Source: Smithellaceae bacterium
GTDB lineage: Bacteria; Desulfobacterota; Syntrophia; Syntrophales; Smithellaceae
Assembly: GCA_963667845.2 (NCBI GenBank)
Contig: CAXXVL010000001.1
Location: 864,001 to 928,000 of the forward strand
Direction: 5' to 3'
DNA: 64,000 nt
The notes under the pieces were generated by a model. It saw only the letters and a program-made list of their open reading frames with translations, made no database searches and was not told the origin of the DNA. The position numbers were made by a program, and so were the translations under genes. Each line of letters opens with the position of its first letter. Positions within the stretch are counted from its first letter, which is position 1. Shown here in pieces: positions 1 through 9,657 of the stretch.

Positions 1-2
1 CC

Positions 3-698
3 TACCGGCTGTATGCGATCGATCTCAAGGGATTCGGGCGCTCGAATAAGCCGGAAACCGGATACAGTTGTCAGGAACTGGCGGACGATATCCGGAAATT
101 CATGGACGATTCCGGCCTGCCGCGGGCCGTTTTGATCGGACACTCCTTTGGCAGCCTGGTGCTCCAGCATTTCGCCGCAACTTATCCGGAACGCGTCAGA
201 GCGCTGGTCCTCTGTAACGCGCAGGCGGCGGCGCTCCCGCCAAAAGGGCTTTCGCCGCTTGTTGAAGAGCGCCTGAAGGGGTACGGGTCCTTAGAAGACA
301 ATCGAAAAGTCTTTTCCGCCAACATGCACCGTTATTTTGACGCCGCCAATGTGTCTCGGGCGGATATCGACCGATTCATCGGGATCGGTCTGCAGGCCGG
401 CACAGCCGCCCTTCGCGGCGCGCTCGTGGCCAATTACACGACCCCGGCCATTGCGGTCGAAGACCTTGCGGCCGTCCGGGCGCCCGTTCTGATCATTGTG
501 GCAACGCACGATCCGTTCGGCACGTTTGATCAGGCCGTGGCGATGAGCGATTCTTTTCCGGTGAGTCGCATCGCGGTCATCGAACACTGCGGTCACAACC
601 CGATGTGGGAGCGACCCGCCGAGTTTATGCAGGTATTGACATCATTCCTGGAAAATTCGGGATGTGAGAAAGAGGACCAGGGGACCGGATCGTTTTGA
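3..698 (+). CDS. Alpha/beta-fold hydrolase (5' end truncated by window edge)
   Basis: Frame is open from position 3 (YRLYAIDLKGFGRS); nucleophile elbow GHSFG; C-terminal catalytic His motif CGHNP. Confidence 0.85.
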   Translation, partial: YRLYAIDLKGFGRSNKPETGYSCQELADDIRKFMDDSGLPRAVLIGHSFGSLVLQHFAATYPERVRALVLCNAQAAALPPKGLSPLVEERLKGYGSLEDNRKVFSANMHRYFDAANVSRADIDRFIGIGLQAGTAALRGALVANYTTPAIAVEDLAAVRAPVLIIVATHDPFGTFDQAVAMSDSFPVSRIAVIEHCGHNPMWERPAEFMQVLTSFLENSGCEKEDQGTGSF

Positions 699-882
699 TC
701 GGGCCGGATCCCTCCGCAAAGAAACCGACAAACTGAACATTGCCATCCCCTGAGGAGTTCGTCGGCCCGGCCGGACATCGCCTGACGGGATATGAGATTG
801 AAGACCGATCTTCAACCGTATTCAACATAAATCATCAATCTCCTGTATTTTGCTGGGAAATCAAGATTCCGCCCGAATCCAG

Positions 883-911
883 TTGACAGACGAATCTTCT
901 CTTCATATACT
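883..911 (+). promoter_or_regulatory. Sigma70-type promoter of the purine operon
   Basis: TTGACA (883-888), 17 nt spacer, TATACT (906-911), 47 nt upstream of the ATG at 959. Confidence 0.75.
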
Positions 912-958
912 CGCGCCACAAAAATTTAATGCCTTATTCATAACAGGGAGAAACTTAA

Positions 959-1690
959 ATGAAAGCCAACTTATACCAGTATCTGGCCGGAAATGAATAT
1001 CCGGGCCGCGGCATCTGCCTGGGAATTGCCCCGAGCGGTAAAAAAGCGATGATCGCTTATTTTATCATGGGCCGCAGCACAAACAGCCGCAACCGCGTGT
1101 TTGACCCGATTGACGGCGGCATCCGCACCATGGCGGCCGACCCTTCCAAGATGACCGATCCGCATCTGATTATTTACAACCCCGTCCTGACGCTTAACAA
1201 CACGACGATCGTGACCAACGGCGACCAGACCGACACCATCCGCGATTTTATGGCCGCGAACAAGTTTCCCGGCTACGGCTTTGAAGCCGCGCTCGCGACC
1301 CGCACTTTTGAGGACGACAAACCCAACTGGACGCCCCGCATTTCCGGTGTGGCGGATGTGCAGACGGGCGGCTATAAGCTCAGTATTTTAAAAAGCGACG
1401 ACGGCAATGAGACGAGCGTCGAACGATTTACTTTCAGCTATCCTGCGCCGCTTTCCGGTTCAGGGCATTTTATCAGCACTTACAGGTGCAACGGCAATCC
1501 GATTCCGAGTTTCGCAGGCGAGCCGCTCGGCGTTACCGTGGACGAGGAAGACCCCAATGAATACGCAGGCAAATTGTGGGAAGCCCTGAATGAAGACAAC
1601 AAGGTAAGCCTGTTTGTGCGCGCCATCGACCTTAAGACCCGGGCGTATGAAGACGTCATCATCAACAAATACAAAACGGTGGAGGGATAA
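959..1690 (+). CDS. IMP cyclohydrolase, PurO-like (Ntn-fold) standalone enzyme
   Basis: N-terminal YPGRG motif, YFIMGRSxNSRNR, TNGDQTD, TPRISG; directly upstream of AICAR formyltransferase. Confidence 0.85.
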   Translation: MKANLYQYLAGNEYPGRGICLGIAPSGKKAMIAYFIMGRSTNSRNRVFDPIDGGIRTMAADPSKMTDPHLIIYNPVLTLNNTTIVTNGDQTDTIRDFMAANKFPGYGFEAALATRTFEDDKPNWTPRISGVADVQTGGYKLSILKSDDGNETSVERFTFSYPAPLSGSGHFISTYRCNGNPIPSFAGEPLGVTVDEEDPNEYAGKLWEALNEDNKVSLFVRAIDLKTRAYEDVIINKYKTVEG

Positions 1691-1693
1691 TCC

Positions 1694-2872
1694 ATGAACG
1701 AAATCGCATTGAAATACGGTTGCAACCCCAACCAGAAACCGGCCCGGATCTTCATGGCGGACGGCGGCAATCTGCCGGTAAAGGTGCAAAACGGCAAACC
1801 CGGTTACATCAACTTTTTGGATGCGCTCAACAGCTGGCAGCTGGTGAAGGAACTGAAGGAAAATACCGGGATGGTTGCCGCAACGTCCTTTAAGCATGTT
1901 TCGCCCGCAGGCGCAGCCCTGGGCATTCCCTTGGACGACGTCCTGCGCAAAATGTATCACATCGACGCCGGAACGCAGCTTTCTGCGCTGGCCTGTGCGT
2001 ATGCCCGCGCCCGCGGCGCCGACCGGATGAGCAGCTTTGGCGACTGGATCGCGCTTTCCGATGTATGCGACGTTCCCACAGCAAAGATTATCAAGAATGA
2101 GGTCACCGACGGCATCATCGCCCCGGGGTATGAGCCCGAGGCTTTGGAAATTCTGAAGTCCAAAAAAGGCGGCAACTACAATGTCGTTGTCATTGATCCC
2201 GACTATGTACCAACACCCATTGAGCACAAGCAGGTGTTCGGTATTACCTTCGAGCAGGGCCGTAACAATGTGAAGATTGACAACCAGATGCTCGAAAACA
2301 TGGTGACCGAGAAGAAGACGCTGACGGACGCACAAAAGCGCGATCTGGTGCTCAGCCTGATTACCCTTAAATACACTCAGTCCAATAGTGTCTGTTACGT
2401 GCAGGACGGCCAGGTCATCGGCGTCGGTGCGGGTCAGCAGAGCCGCATCCACTGTACGCGGCTCGCCGGTCAGAAAGCGGACAACTGGCAGCTGCGTCAT
2501 ATGCCCAAGGTACTGGATCTGCCTTTCCGCGACGATGTCTCCAAACCGAACCGCGACAACGCAATTGATGTCTACCTGGGCGATACGCCGGACGATGTCA
2601 TCGGTGATAACGTCTGGGCCGAAACCTTTACCCGCCGGCCCGAGCCTCTGACTGCAGCCGAGAAGAAGGCCTGGCTCGGCAAAGTGACCGGTGTTGCCTT
2701 AGGCAGCGACGCTTTCTTCCCCTTCGGCGATAACATCGAGCGCGCGCACCGCAGCGGCGTGACCGCCATCGTCGAAGCCGGCGGTTCCATCCGCGACCAG
2801 CAGGTGATTGATACCTGCAACAAATACGGCATTGCCATGGCGTTCTGCGGTCTGCGCTTCTTCCATCATTAG
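1694..2872 (+). CDS. purH: Standalone AICAR (phosphoribosylaminoimidazolecarboxamide) formyltransferase, PurH C-terminal domain only
   Basis: LKYGCNPNQ, SFKHVSPAG, SSFGD, QSNSV, GQQSR, SDAFFPF and C-terminal RFFHH; lacks the N-terminal IMPCH/MGS domain. Confidence 0.9.
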   Translation: MNEIALKYGCNPNQKPARIFMADGGNLPVKVQNGKPGYINFLDALNSWQLVKELKENTGMVAATSFKHVSPAGAALGIPLDDVLRKMYHIDAGTQLSALACAYARARGADRMSSFGDWIALSDVCDVPTAKIIKNEVTDGIIAPGYEPEALEILKSKKGGNYNVVVIDPDYVPTPIEHKQVFGITFEQGRNNVKIDNQMLENMVTEKKTLTDAQKRDLVLSLITLKYTQSNSVCYVQDGQVIGVGAGQQSRIHCTRLAGQKADNWQLRHMPKVLDLPFRDDVSKPNRDNAIDVYLGDTPDDVIGDNVWAETFTRRPEPLTAAEKKAWLGKVTGVALGSDAFFPFGDNIERAHRSGVTAIVEAGGSIRDQQVIDTCNKYGIAMAFCGLRFFHH

Positions 2873-3003
2873 CAATAGGCTCGTCGATTGATGGGCTGTA
2901 GGCTGTCAGGGAAGGGACGGAAACACACTTTGGGTTGCAGGCTGTCGGGTAAGGAACAAAGGGACCCGTTAATGGATCAAGTTATTTTGACTTGATCCAT
3001 TTT

Positions 3004-3100
3004 TTAATCCCGCTCACGCCCGACGAGCGTTAATTCTCCATAGCTTGCTGGTAATAATGAAGCTCATTTCATACTCGACAGTTTGCTGCGAGGTGATTGA
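3004..3100 (-). repeat. Dispersed ~97-bp palindromic element, copy 1 (MITE/REP-like)
   Basis: Its reverse complement aligns end to end with 31632-31728 (tcaa-cacctcgcagcaa-ctgtcg...ggagaatta-cgctcgtc...gagcgggattaa). Confidence 0.75.
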
Positions 3101-3393
3101 TAGGAGCGGCGTTTATTGCGGATTTCCCGGCTGTACGACTTCCGATTATCTGCCGGCCATCGCTTGCCGGGGTGGGGACGTGGTCGGCCACCTAAATTCT
3201 TCTGTGAAACTTCTCGTGCAAGTGATATCCCTGATGCCGGATCGGGAATCGAAAGCCCGAGAGCTATGGCCTGCCTGTTAAGAGATCGTGCAAGCCCGGC
3301 GTGACCGTTACCGAATGCTCAACAAACGTGATGCTGCGGGGCGGTCACTGCCCATCGAAGCCGGCTCCTTTCCCGCGTGAGCAACATTGAGGA

Positions 3394-5388
3394 ATGATGA
3401 AACGTATGAGACCTGCAAAACGAATCCTCGTCCTACTGGGACTTCTCTTTTTCCTGTATCCCGTCACGGCAGTTACGGGCCAGGAGAAAATGGCGACTTA
3501 TCCCCCCTTCGCGCCGGGTTATAGCTCAATCAAGGTTTTCGACAGCCAGTCGCGTTTTGTGGGCCGGATTCTGCCCGAGAAACGATATTGGGTTGACATC
3601 GACCACATCCCCGTCTTCCTGCAAAATGCCCTGGTGGCCATCGAAGACGCCCGTTTCTATCAACACAGAGGAATCGATGTGCGCGGCATCACCCGAGCCC
3701 TCGTCAAAGATGTCATGAAAGGGAGAATGGCCGAAGGCGGCTCAACGATCACCCAGCAGTTGATCAAGAACAAATACTTTTCCAACGAAAAAACCCTTAA
3801 ACGAAAGTTCAAGGAAGGCATCCTGGCCGTCGAATACGAAGGCAAATATACCAAGAAGCAGATTCTGGAGATGTATTTCAATGAAGTCTACTTCGGGAAC
3901 GGGGCCTGGGGCCTCGTTCAGGCCGCCAGGCTCTATTTCGACAAGAGCCCGCCCCAATTAACCGAAGCAGAGTGCGCTCTTCTGGCGGGCATTCCCAAGG
4001 CCCCGACGCGCTATAACCCTCTGGGGAATTATCCGGCCGCCCGCGACCGGAAGAATCTTATCCTTAAACGCATGGTCGAACTCAAGATGATTACCGCCGG
4101 CCGTGCAAAACGGCTGAAGGGTCAGCGCATCGTCTTGCTGCGATCCGATGAAGCTCCCTATTACCTTTCCCATATCCGCAGCAAACTGATCGAACGCTAT
4201 GGATCCGAAATAATCGAGATGGGGGGACTCGACGTCATTGCGGCCATGGATCTGAACCTGCAGCGGCTCGCGGAAAGGGTTCTGAAAGAAGGTGTCCGAC
4301 GGGTCTCTCCAAAACTTCAGGGCGCATTGGTATCCCTGGACCCGTCGACCGGCGATGTCCTCGCGGTGGTTGGCGGGACAGACTTCAAACTGAGCGCTTA
4401 TAACCGGGCTTTTTTCGCTAAACGCCAACCCGGATCAGCCATCAAGCCCCTGATTTATGCCGCGGCTCTGGAAAAGGGCATCACTGCCGGCAGCATCTGG
4501 AATGACGACCCCGTCGCCTACACCCGCAGTGATCACGAAACCTGGAAGCCCCGCAATTACGGCAACCGGCATTACGGAAATCTGTCCCTGAGGCAGGCGC
4601 TGGCCTATTCGAACAACGTCATCACGGTCAAATTGCTGGAGGATATCGGCGTCCCGGATTTTGTTCACTTTGCCGGAAAACTGGGACTTCCTCTGCGCGA
4701 GCCCAATGATCTTTCCCTGGCCCTGGGAACCGATGAGGTTACCTTAAGTGAACTGATGCTGGCCTACTGCCCGTTGGCCGCAGGCGGCGTGCGTCCCGAA
4801 CCCAGGACCATCATCCGCATTTATGACCGGGGGCGAAGTATGTGGACGGAGATTCCGCCCATGACAAACCCGGTTCTGTCGCCGGCTGTCGCCTATGTCA
4901 CGACCTCGATGCTCAAGGACGTCCTTATTTACGGGACTGCCAAATCATTGAAGGGATTCAGCCAGGTGCGCCCGGCTGCGGGGAAAACCGGGACCACCGA
5001 TGATTACCGGGATGCCTGGTTCATTGGTTATACGCCCCAGATGATTACGGGTATCTGGACCGGCTACGATAAACCCACCCCCATGGGGGCAGGCTTCACC
5101 GGAGGGGCGATCTGTGCGCCGATCTGGGGAGAATTCATGCGCCAGGCCCTGGCCGCCAGACCGGCGATGGATTTTTCGAAGCCCGATTCGGTCGTGTCCG
5201 TCCTGATCGATCCGGAGACGGGTGATCTGGCCACTCCGGACTGTCCGGCAAGTCGCGAGGAATTCTACGTTGCCGGGACTGAACCGACTGTGTATTGCCC
5301 AAAACATGCGAAACCCGGTCTGCCGCCGGTTACGCCGGTTCCTGATCGGCCGGCGGGTGACCACTCCCTTCCGGCCGATCAGGAATAG
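3394..5388 (+). CDS. Class A penicillin-binding protein (PBP1A family, transglycosylase plus transpeptidase)
   Basis: EDARFYQHRG and GGSTITQQL (glycosyltransferase 51); SAIK (SxxK), SNN (SxN) and KTG transpeptidase motifs; N-terminal hydrophobic anchor. Confidence 0.92.
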   Translation: MMKRMRPAKRILVLLGLLFFLYPVTAVTGQEKMATYPPFAPGYSSIKVFDSQSRFVGRILPEKRYWVDIDHIPVFLQNALVAIEDARFYQHRGIDVRGITRALVKDVMKGRMAEGGSTITQQLIKNKYFSNEKTLKRKFKEGILAVEYEGKYTKKQILEMYFNEVYFGNGAWGLVQAARLYFDKSPPQLTEAECALLAGIPKAPTRYNPLGNYPAARDRKNLILKRMVELKMITAGRAKRLKGQRIVLLRSDEAPYYLSHIRSKLIERYGSEIIEMGGLDVIAAMDLNLQRLAERVLKEGVRRVSPKLQGALVSLDPSTGDVLAVVGGTDFKLSAYNRAFFAKRQPGSAIKPLIYAAALEKGITAGSIWNDDPVAYTRSDHETWKPRNYGNRHYGNLSLRQALAYSNNVITVKLLEDIGVPDFVHFAGKLGLPLREPNDLSLALGTDEVTLSELMLAYCPLAAGGVRPEPRTIIRIYDRGRSMWTEIPPMTNPVLSPAVAYVTTSMLKDVLIYGTAKSLKGFSQVRPAAGKTGTTDDYRDAWFIGYTPQMITGIWTGYDKPTPMGAGFTGGAICAPIWGEFMRQALAARPAMDFSKPDSVVSVLIDPETGDLATPDCPASREEFYVAGTEPTVYCPKHAKPGLPPVTPVPDRPAGDHSLPADQE

Positions 5389-5527
5389 TTGAAATACGCG
5401 ATCCGTTTCGAGCGAGCACTTCCCGGGGACGGTCTTCAATTACCATAGAATCCCAACTCAACCTATGCTACGAAGTGAGGCGGGAAGCAGGTTGCCGCTT
5501 CCTTGATTGAGCAAGTGAGGGAAAAAT

Positions 5528-6196
5528 ATGATCAGAACGGTGTGGATCGTTTTAATGCTCTGTGTCGCTGTGACGGTTGGAGCCGAACCGTTGTCTTCCC
5601 GCGATATTGCTTCCGGACCCGGCGGCCGGATCAAGACATTAAAGACGGCCGAATGGGAAGGCGAGTGGGTGTCCGTTTCCTCGCAGGTCGATTATCTCAC
5701 CCGTCAGGGAGTCTTTGAAAAGGCGGCTCGCGAAAGCGGAGCTTCCGCAGGCGACATCAAACGGGCATTTCTTGCGCGATTCAGTTCCGACGTGGGAAGA
5801 GTCAGGGTTCACGAGGGACGTTTCATCTTTCTGTCGACCGACGGTGCGACCGTCCTCGGCGTTGCTCAATATACCTATGGCGGATTTGTGGAAAAGATGA
5901 GCGAGACGCGGGAAATTCAATGGCACCGGTTCACGCTCGCCTATGGTTTCGGCAGGTATCCGGTTCTGATCTTGTCGGAGCCGTATGGAGTTTTGGGACA
6001 ATGGCTTCTCGTTCAGGGAGATTCGGCTGCCGGGGCAAAGACCGGCCCCTGCAATGCCGGGAAGAAACAGGCCATGATGATTCCCGCAGACCTCGCAGGC
6101 GAAGCGATCGGCGACGCCCTGGACACTCCCGAGTTTGTGTCTTTTCTCCTATCGCTTGCGATTCCCGAAAAAAATGAAGGGGGAAGGAAACCGTGA
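5528..6196 (+). CDS. Exported protein with a divergent ZinT/YodA-like (calycin) domain
   Basis: Signal peptide; EWEGEWVSV...VFEKAA...YTYGGF resembles ZinT DWxGxWQSV...VFxKKA...YxYDG. Confidence 0.45.
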   Translation: MIRTVWIVLMLCVAVTVGAEPLSSRDIASGPGGRIKTLKTAEWEGEWVSVSSQVDYLTRQGVFEKAARESGASAGDIKRAFLARFSSDVGRVRVHEGRFIFLSTDGATVLGVAQYTYGGFVEKMSETREIQWHRFTLAYGFGRYPVLILSEPYGVLGQWLLVQGDSAAGAKTGPCNAGKKQAMMIPADLAGEAIGDALDTPEFVSFLLSLAIPEKNEGGRKP

Positions 6197-8127
6197 GGGT
6201 AAGCACTCGCATCAGTAGGCCCTTGCTGATCACTGCGGCCTGCATCGGTTTGTTGGGCTGTTCGATGATTCGTCCGGCGCTGACGACGGATGCGCAGGAC
6301 CGCATCTGCAATCGCTGCGGAGACCTTAAGGCGGTAGAAGCCGCCGAGGCCATCCATCCCGTGAATCAAGGAATCATCGAGGGCTGTAACTGGGAGTTTG
6401 ATCAGGAGGGGCGCGCCGTTCTTGCGCTCAATGTCCTCGTGACCGCCTCCGGCGCTTATGAAATCGCTCTGGATTTTCACGAGCCCTTCGAGGATCTTCG
6501 CCTGCATTCTTCTCTCGGGCAGGTAGCCGCGGACCGGAAAGAGACCTTCCGGATCGGCCCGCTGCCGCATGAATTCCCCAAGCCCAGCTTTGCCGAAGTC
6601 TCCGTGCTTCTTCTGCGGAAAGACGCGGACGGCAGGGATCTGCTCATCGATGAAGTGGACACCTATTTCCTTGTGGACCCCGATCGGGTCAACGATGCCG
6701 CTCTGAAAGGACTTGATACACATGGCCTTACCGCCCAGGCGCTGCTGAATCAATATGCTCCCATCCTGAAAACAGATGTTGTCACCAATCCGAATACGGG
6801 CATCGTCTATGTCGATCTGCCTCCGAAGAATATCGCGGCCATTCTTTCGGGTTCGCCCCAAAAGGACGGCAATGACCGGTCGATGGTCAAATGCGATCTG
6901 TGGAAAGATCACGTGCTGGCCCAGCCGCCAACGTCCGCAAACCGGCGGGAATTTAACGGCCGCAAGGATGACTACTTTATCGATCTCCCGCAGCCCTTCG
7001 AAAGCATTGCTCATCCCTGGCGTCAAATCGTTAGCCGTTACCCCAACGCCATTTATGGACGGCTCGTCCGAACGGAGCTCACCTGGGAAGGTGTCGCGTA
7101 CCGAGACGCCATCATCCTGCAGTACTGGATGCCGTATTATGTCAACCACCTGTCCATCCTGAAGACCGATCTCCAGGGCAAGAGCTGGATCTGGAATGCG
7201 GGCAATTATCATGAAGGAGAAGCGGAAAACATCGCCATCGTCCTGATTCCGGGCCCGGAGGGGCTCAAGCCGCTGTGCGCAGCGTATGCCAAGCATTTCA
7301 AGGGGACGGCCGAACCCTGGTCCAATGTGAGCAAACACGCTCCGGACGGGGTTCCTACAACACATCCCGTCGTTTATGTGGCCAACGGCTCCCACGCCTC
7401 TTTTTTTTCTCCCGACCCGGGTGAAACGTCGTGCGGAAGCGGTGTCGACGCTGTCATGCATGAGGGCGGAGGGTTCTGGTACGATGAAGGAGATTTAGGC
7501 CCAGTCAAGATGATGCCGCGTGTCAACGAGATCAAATTCGGGGACGAGTATGATTTCCTGCTTTTTACGGGTCGTTTCGGCGGGTCATATATTGAGGGAG
7601 CGGTGAATCAGTTTAACCGCAGTCCCTACATGTTTCCCTATACGCTCTATCCGAAGTTTTCCATCACCGGCAGCTGGATTGCGGGTTCCGGTGTTAACCG
7701 GTGGATAGACCCCGCCTCGGAAATCAAGTATCAGGCGCAGATTCCTTCAAAGCTGGGATATGACAACCACAAGGCGCGTCTGCAGTTTGACACCACCCGT
7801 GTCCGCATAAGAAAAGAAGCGGGGCGCATCCGCATCGAGGAACTGGGTTTGACCGTCGACCCCGGAGGTTCATCGCCCGCAGAAAGCGTGGCCGTTTTTT
7901 TCCGGGATCGGAAAGGAAATCTCCGGAAGTTGGCGGCCTTTAAAGCCGGCGTTAAGCCGCCTTCGCCGATATATATCCCCATGGATGCCGTTCACAAAAA
8001 TACGATCGAACTGGTTGCCTGCGATATCGTAATCCCGCCGTTACCCAAACCCCCTCTCGCGCGGGAGCGCCACCAGGGGATGTTCGAATATTTCCTCATG
8101 ACGACGGCGTACCTGGATATCCGGTAG
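6193..8127 (+). CDS. Hypothetical lipoprotein with a Vps62/NPP1-like domain
   Basis: Lipobox LLGC; LQYW...HEGEAE...THPVVYVANGSHASF pattern; 4-nt overlap with the upstream gene. Confidence 0.55.
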   Translation: MRVSTRISRPLLITAACIGLLGCSMIRPALTTDAQDRICNRCGDLKAVEAAEAIHPVNQGIIEGCNWEFDQEGRAVLALNVLVTASGAYEIALDFHEPFEDLRLHSSLGQVAADRKETFRIGPLPHEFPKPSFAEVSVLLLRKDADGRDLLIDEVDTYFLVDPDRVNDAALKGLDTHGLTAQALLNQYAPILKTDVVTNPNTGIVYVDLPPKNIAAILSGSPQKDGNDRSMVKCDLWKDHVLAQPPTSANRREFNGRKDDYFIDLPQPFESIAHPWRQIVSRYPNAIYGRLVRTELTWEGVAYRDAIILQYWMPYYVNHLSILKTDLQGKSWIWNAGNYHEGEAENIAIVLIPGPEGLKPLCAAYAKHFKGTAEPWSNVSKHAPDGVPTTHPVVYVANGSHASFFSPDPGETSCGSGVDAVMHEGGGFWYDEGDLGPVKMMPRVNEIKFGDEYDFLLFTGRFGGSYIEGAVNQFNRSPYMFPYTLYPKFSITGSWIAGSGVNRWIDPASEIKYQAQIPSKLGYDNHKARLQFDTTRVRIRKEAGRIRIEELGLTVDPGGSSPAESVAVFFRDRKGNLRKLAAFKAGVKPPSPIYIPMDAVHKNTIELVACDIVIPPLPKPPLARERHQGMFEYFLMTTAYLDIR

Positions 8128-8291
8128 AAAAAGAGAATGCCCCGGCATGCTTTCCGGGAAAACGGGTTTTAGGTTTTGGAACGCCGGGACGCCACCGGGT
8201 GCGGCATCGATTACGTCCGGGTGATTTGCCGGCGGTCAGGATACCGGCATTGAATCAGCCCAGGGAGACATCCGGTTCCGAAGCGGGGGGA

Positions 8292-9617
8292 TTATTTCCG
8301 TATTTTCCTCATATGATCAATTCTTTTTTGAATGAGCGCGCCGGTGCCGATATCTTCGCGATAGGCCACGGGGCCTTGCACGGCCTTGACGCCGTCCTGG
8401 GCGATCCTGCGTGCCTCGTCGAGCGTATCGGCGATGCCGACGATGCCGATGGCTCGCGATGAACTGAGATACAAGCCGTCGTCTCTCTTATCGACGGAGG
8501 AGTAGTAGAGTCTTGCTTTCCCTACGTCGCCCACCTCAATCTTCGCTTTGGACGATGCCGCATCGGGATGATCGGCGGGCAGGCCATAACCTTTGGGAAC
8601 GACGTATTTACAGACCGTTGCTTTCTGTTCAAATTCAATTTTCAGCTTCTCGAGTGTCCCGTCGATGACGTGCCGGCAGACATCCACGAAATCTGTTTTC
8701 AGAAGCGGCAGGATGTTCATGGCCTCGGGGTCGCCGAAGCGGGCGTTGTATTCCAGGAGCTTCGCCCCGTCCTTTGTGGCGATGAAGCCGCCGTACATGA
8801 CGCCTTTGTAAGGACTGCCGGTTTCTTTTAAAAGCGCCGCCGCAACCTGGCGGGTAATGTCGAGACTCTCTTCGATATCCGACGGTTTCAGAAAAGGCAG
8901 GGAATGATCGGGAAGAGAATAGGAACCCATGCCGCCGGTGTTGGGGCCGCGATCGCCGTCGAAGCGGCGTTTATGATCCTGCACGAGCGGCGTCCCGACG
9001 ACGGTCTTTCCGTCGCAGAGGCACTGCAGCGAAAATTCTTCGCCGTCGAATTTCTCTTCAACGATGACAGAGGAGCTGTCCTTCAATATCTGAACGCACA
9101 ATTTCAGCGCTTCTTCCTTGGTTGCAAAATGATCGCCCTGCACCAGCACGCCTTTACCGCCGGTGAGTCCGTCGGGTTTAAGGACAAGACCATCGAGAGA
9201 ACGAAGAAACGCTTCCAGACCGTCGGTGGAGGTGAAGACTTTGAACTGCGGATTACCGGGAATGTTGTATTTGCTGACCAGGTTGCGGGTAAACGATTTG
9301 GAGGTTTCCAGCCGCGCCAGGCTCTTGTTCGGGCCGACCGCCGGTACGCCCATCTGTGCCAGCGCATCTACAACGCCGTTTTGAAGCGGGTCTTCCGGGC
9401 CGATGACGGCGAAATCAATTTGATGATCTTTGGCAAAAGTCGTGATGGCCGTAAGGTCCGCATAGCTGCCGAGTTGTGTTTTCGCCGAAAGGGATACGAT
9501 TCCCGGATTATTGGCTTTCATGAACGAAAACAAGCGGGGATTTTGTCTAGAGCGCATAATGGCTTCGGCCATGGCGTGCTCTCGGGCTCCGTTTCCGATA
9601 AGCAGAATGTTGGGCAT
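8292..9617 (-). CDS. purD: Phosphoribosylamine-glycine ligase
   Basis: GNGAREHA, IGPEDPL, GKGV, QDHKR, GPNTGGMG and EYNARFGDPE motifs. Confidence 0.95.
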   Translation of the reverse strand: MPNILLIGNGAREHAMAEAIMRSRQNPRLFSFMKANNPGIVSLSAKTQLGSYADLTAITTFAKDHQIDFAVIGPEDPLQNGVVDALAQMGVPAVGPNKSLARLETSKSFTRNLVSKYNIPGNPQFKVFTSTDGLEAFLRSLDGLVLKPDGLTGGKGVLVQGDHFATKEEALKLCVQILKDSSSVIVEEKFDGEEFSLQCLCDGKTVVGTPLVQDHKRRFDGDRGPNTGGMGSYSLPDHSLPFLKPSDIEESLDITRQVAAALLKETGSPYKGVMYGGFIATKDGAKLLEYNARFGDPEAMNILPLLKTDFVDVCRHVIDGTLEKLKIEFEQKATVCKYVVPKGYGLPADHPDAASSKAKIEVGDVGKARLYYSSVDKRDDGLYLSSSRAIGIVGIADTLDEARRIAQDGVKAVQGPVAYREDIGTGALIQKRIDHMRKIRK

Positions 9618-9657
9618 GAATGAGTTCTCCTCTACACAATATGATTCAGCATGAGCG

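Noticed and set aside
699..958. ZMP/ZTP riboswitch upstream of the purine operon
   Set aside because: Consensus elements not found, and the promoter leaves only a ~40 nt leader.
3045..3304. Small ORFs between purH and PBP1A (also 27522-27901 and 31273-31728)
   Set aside because: No clear RBS or motifs; two of these regions partly overlap the dispersed palindromic element.
6013..7461. Long antisense ORFs (also 1460-2500, 16396-17538, 25863-26810, 59764-60870)
   Set aside because: They are shadows of well-supported genes on the opposite strand and show no recognisable motifs.
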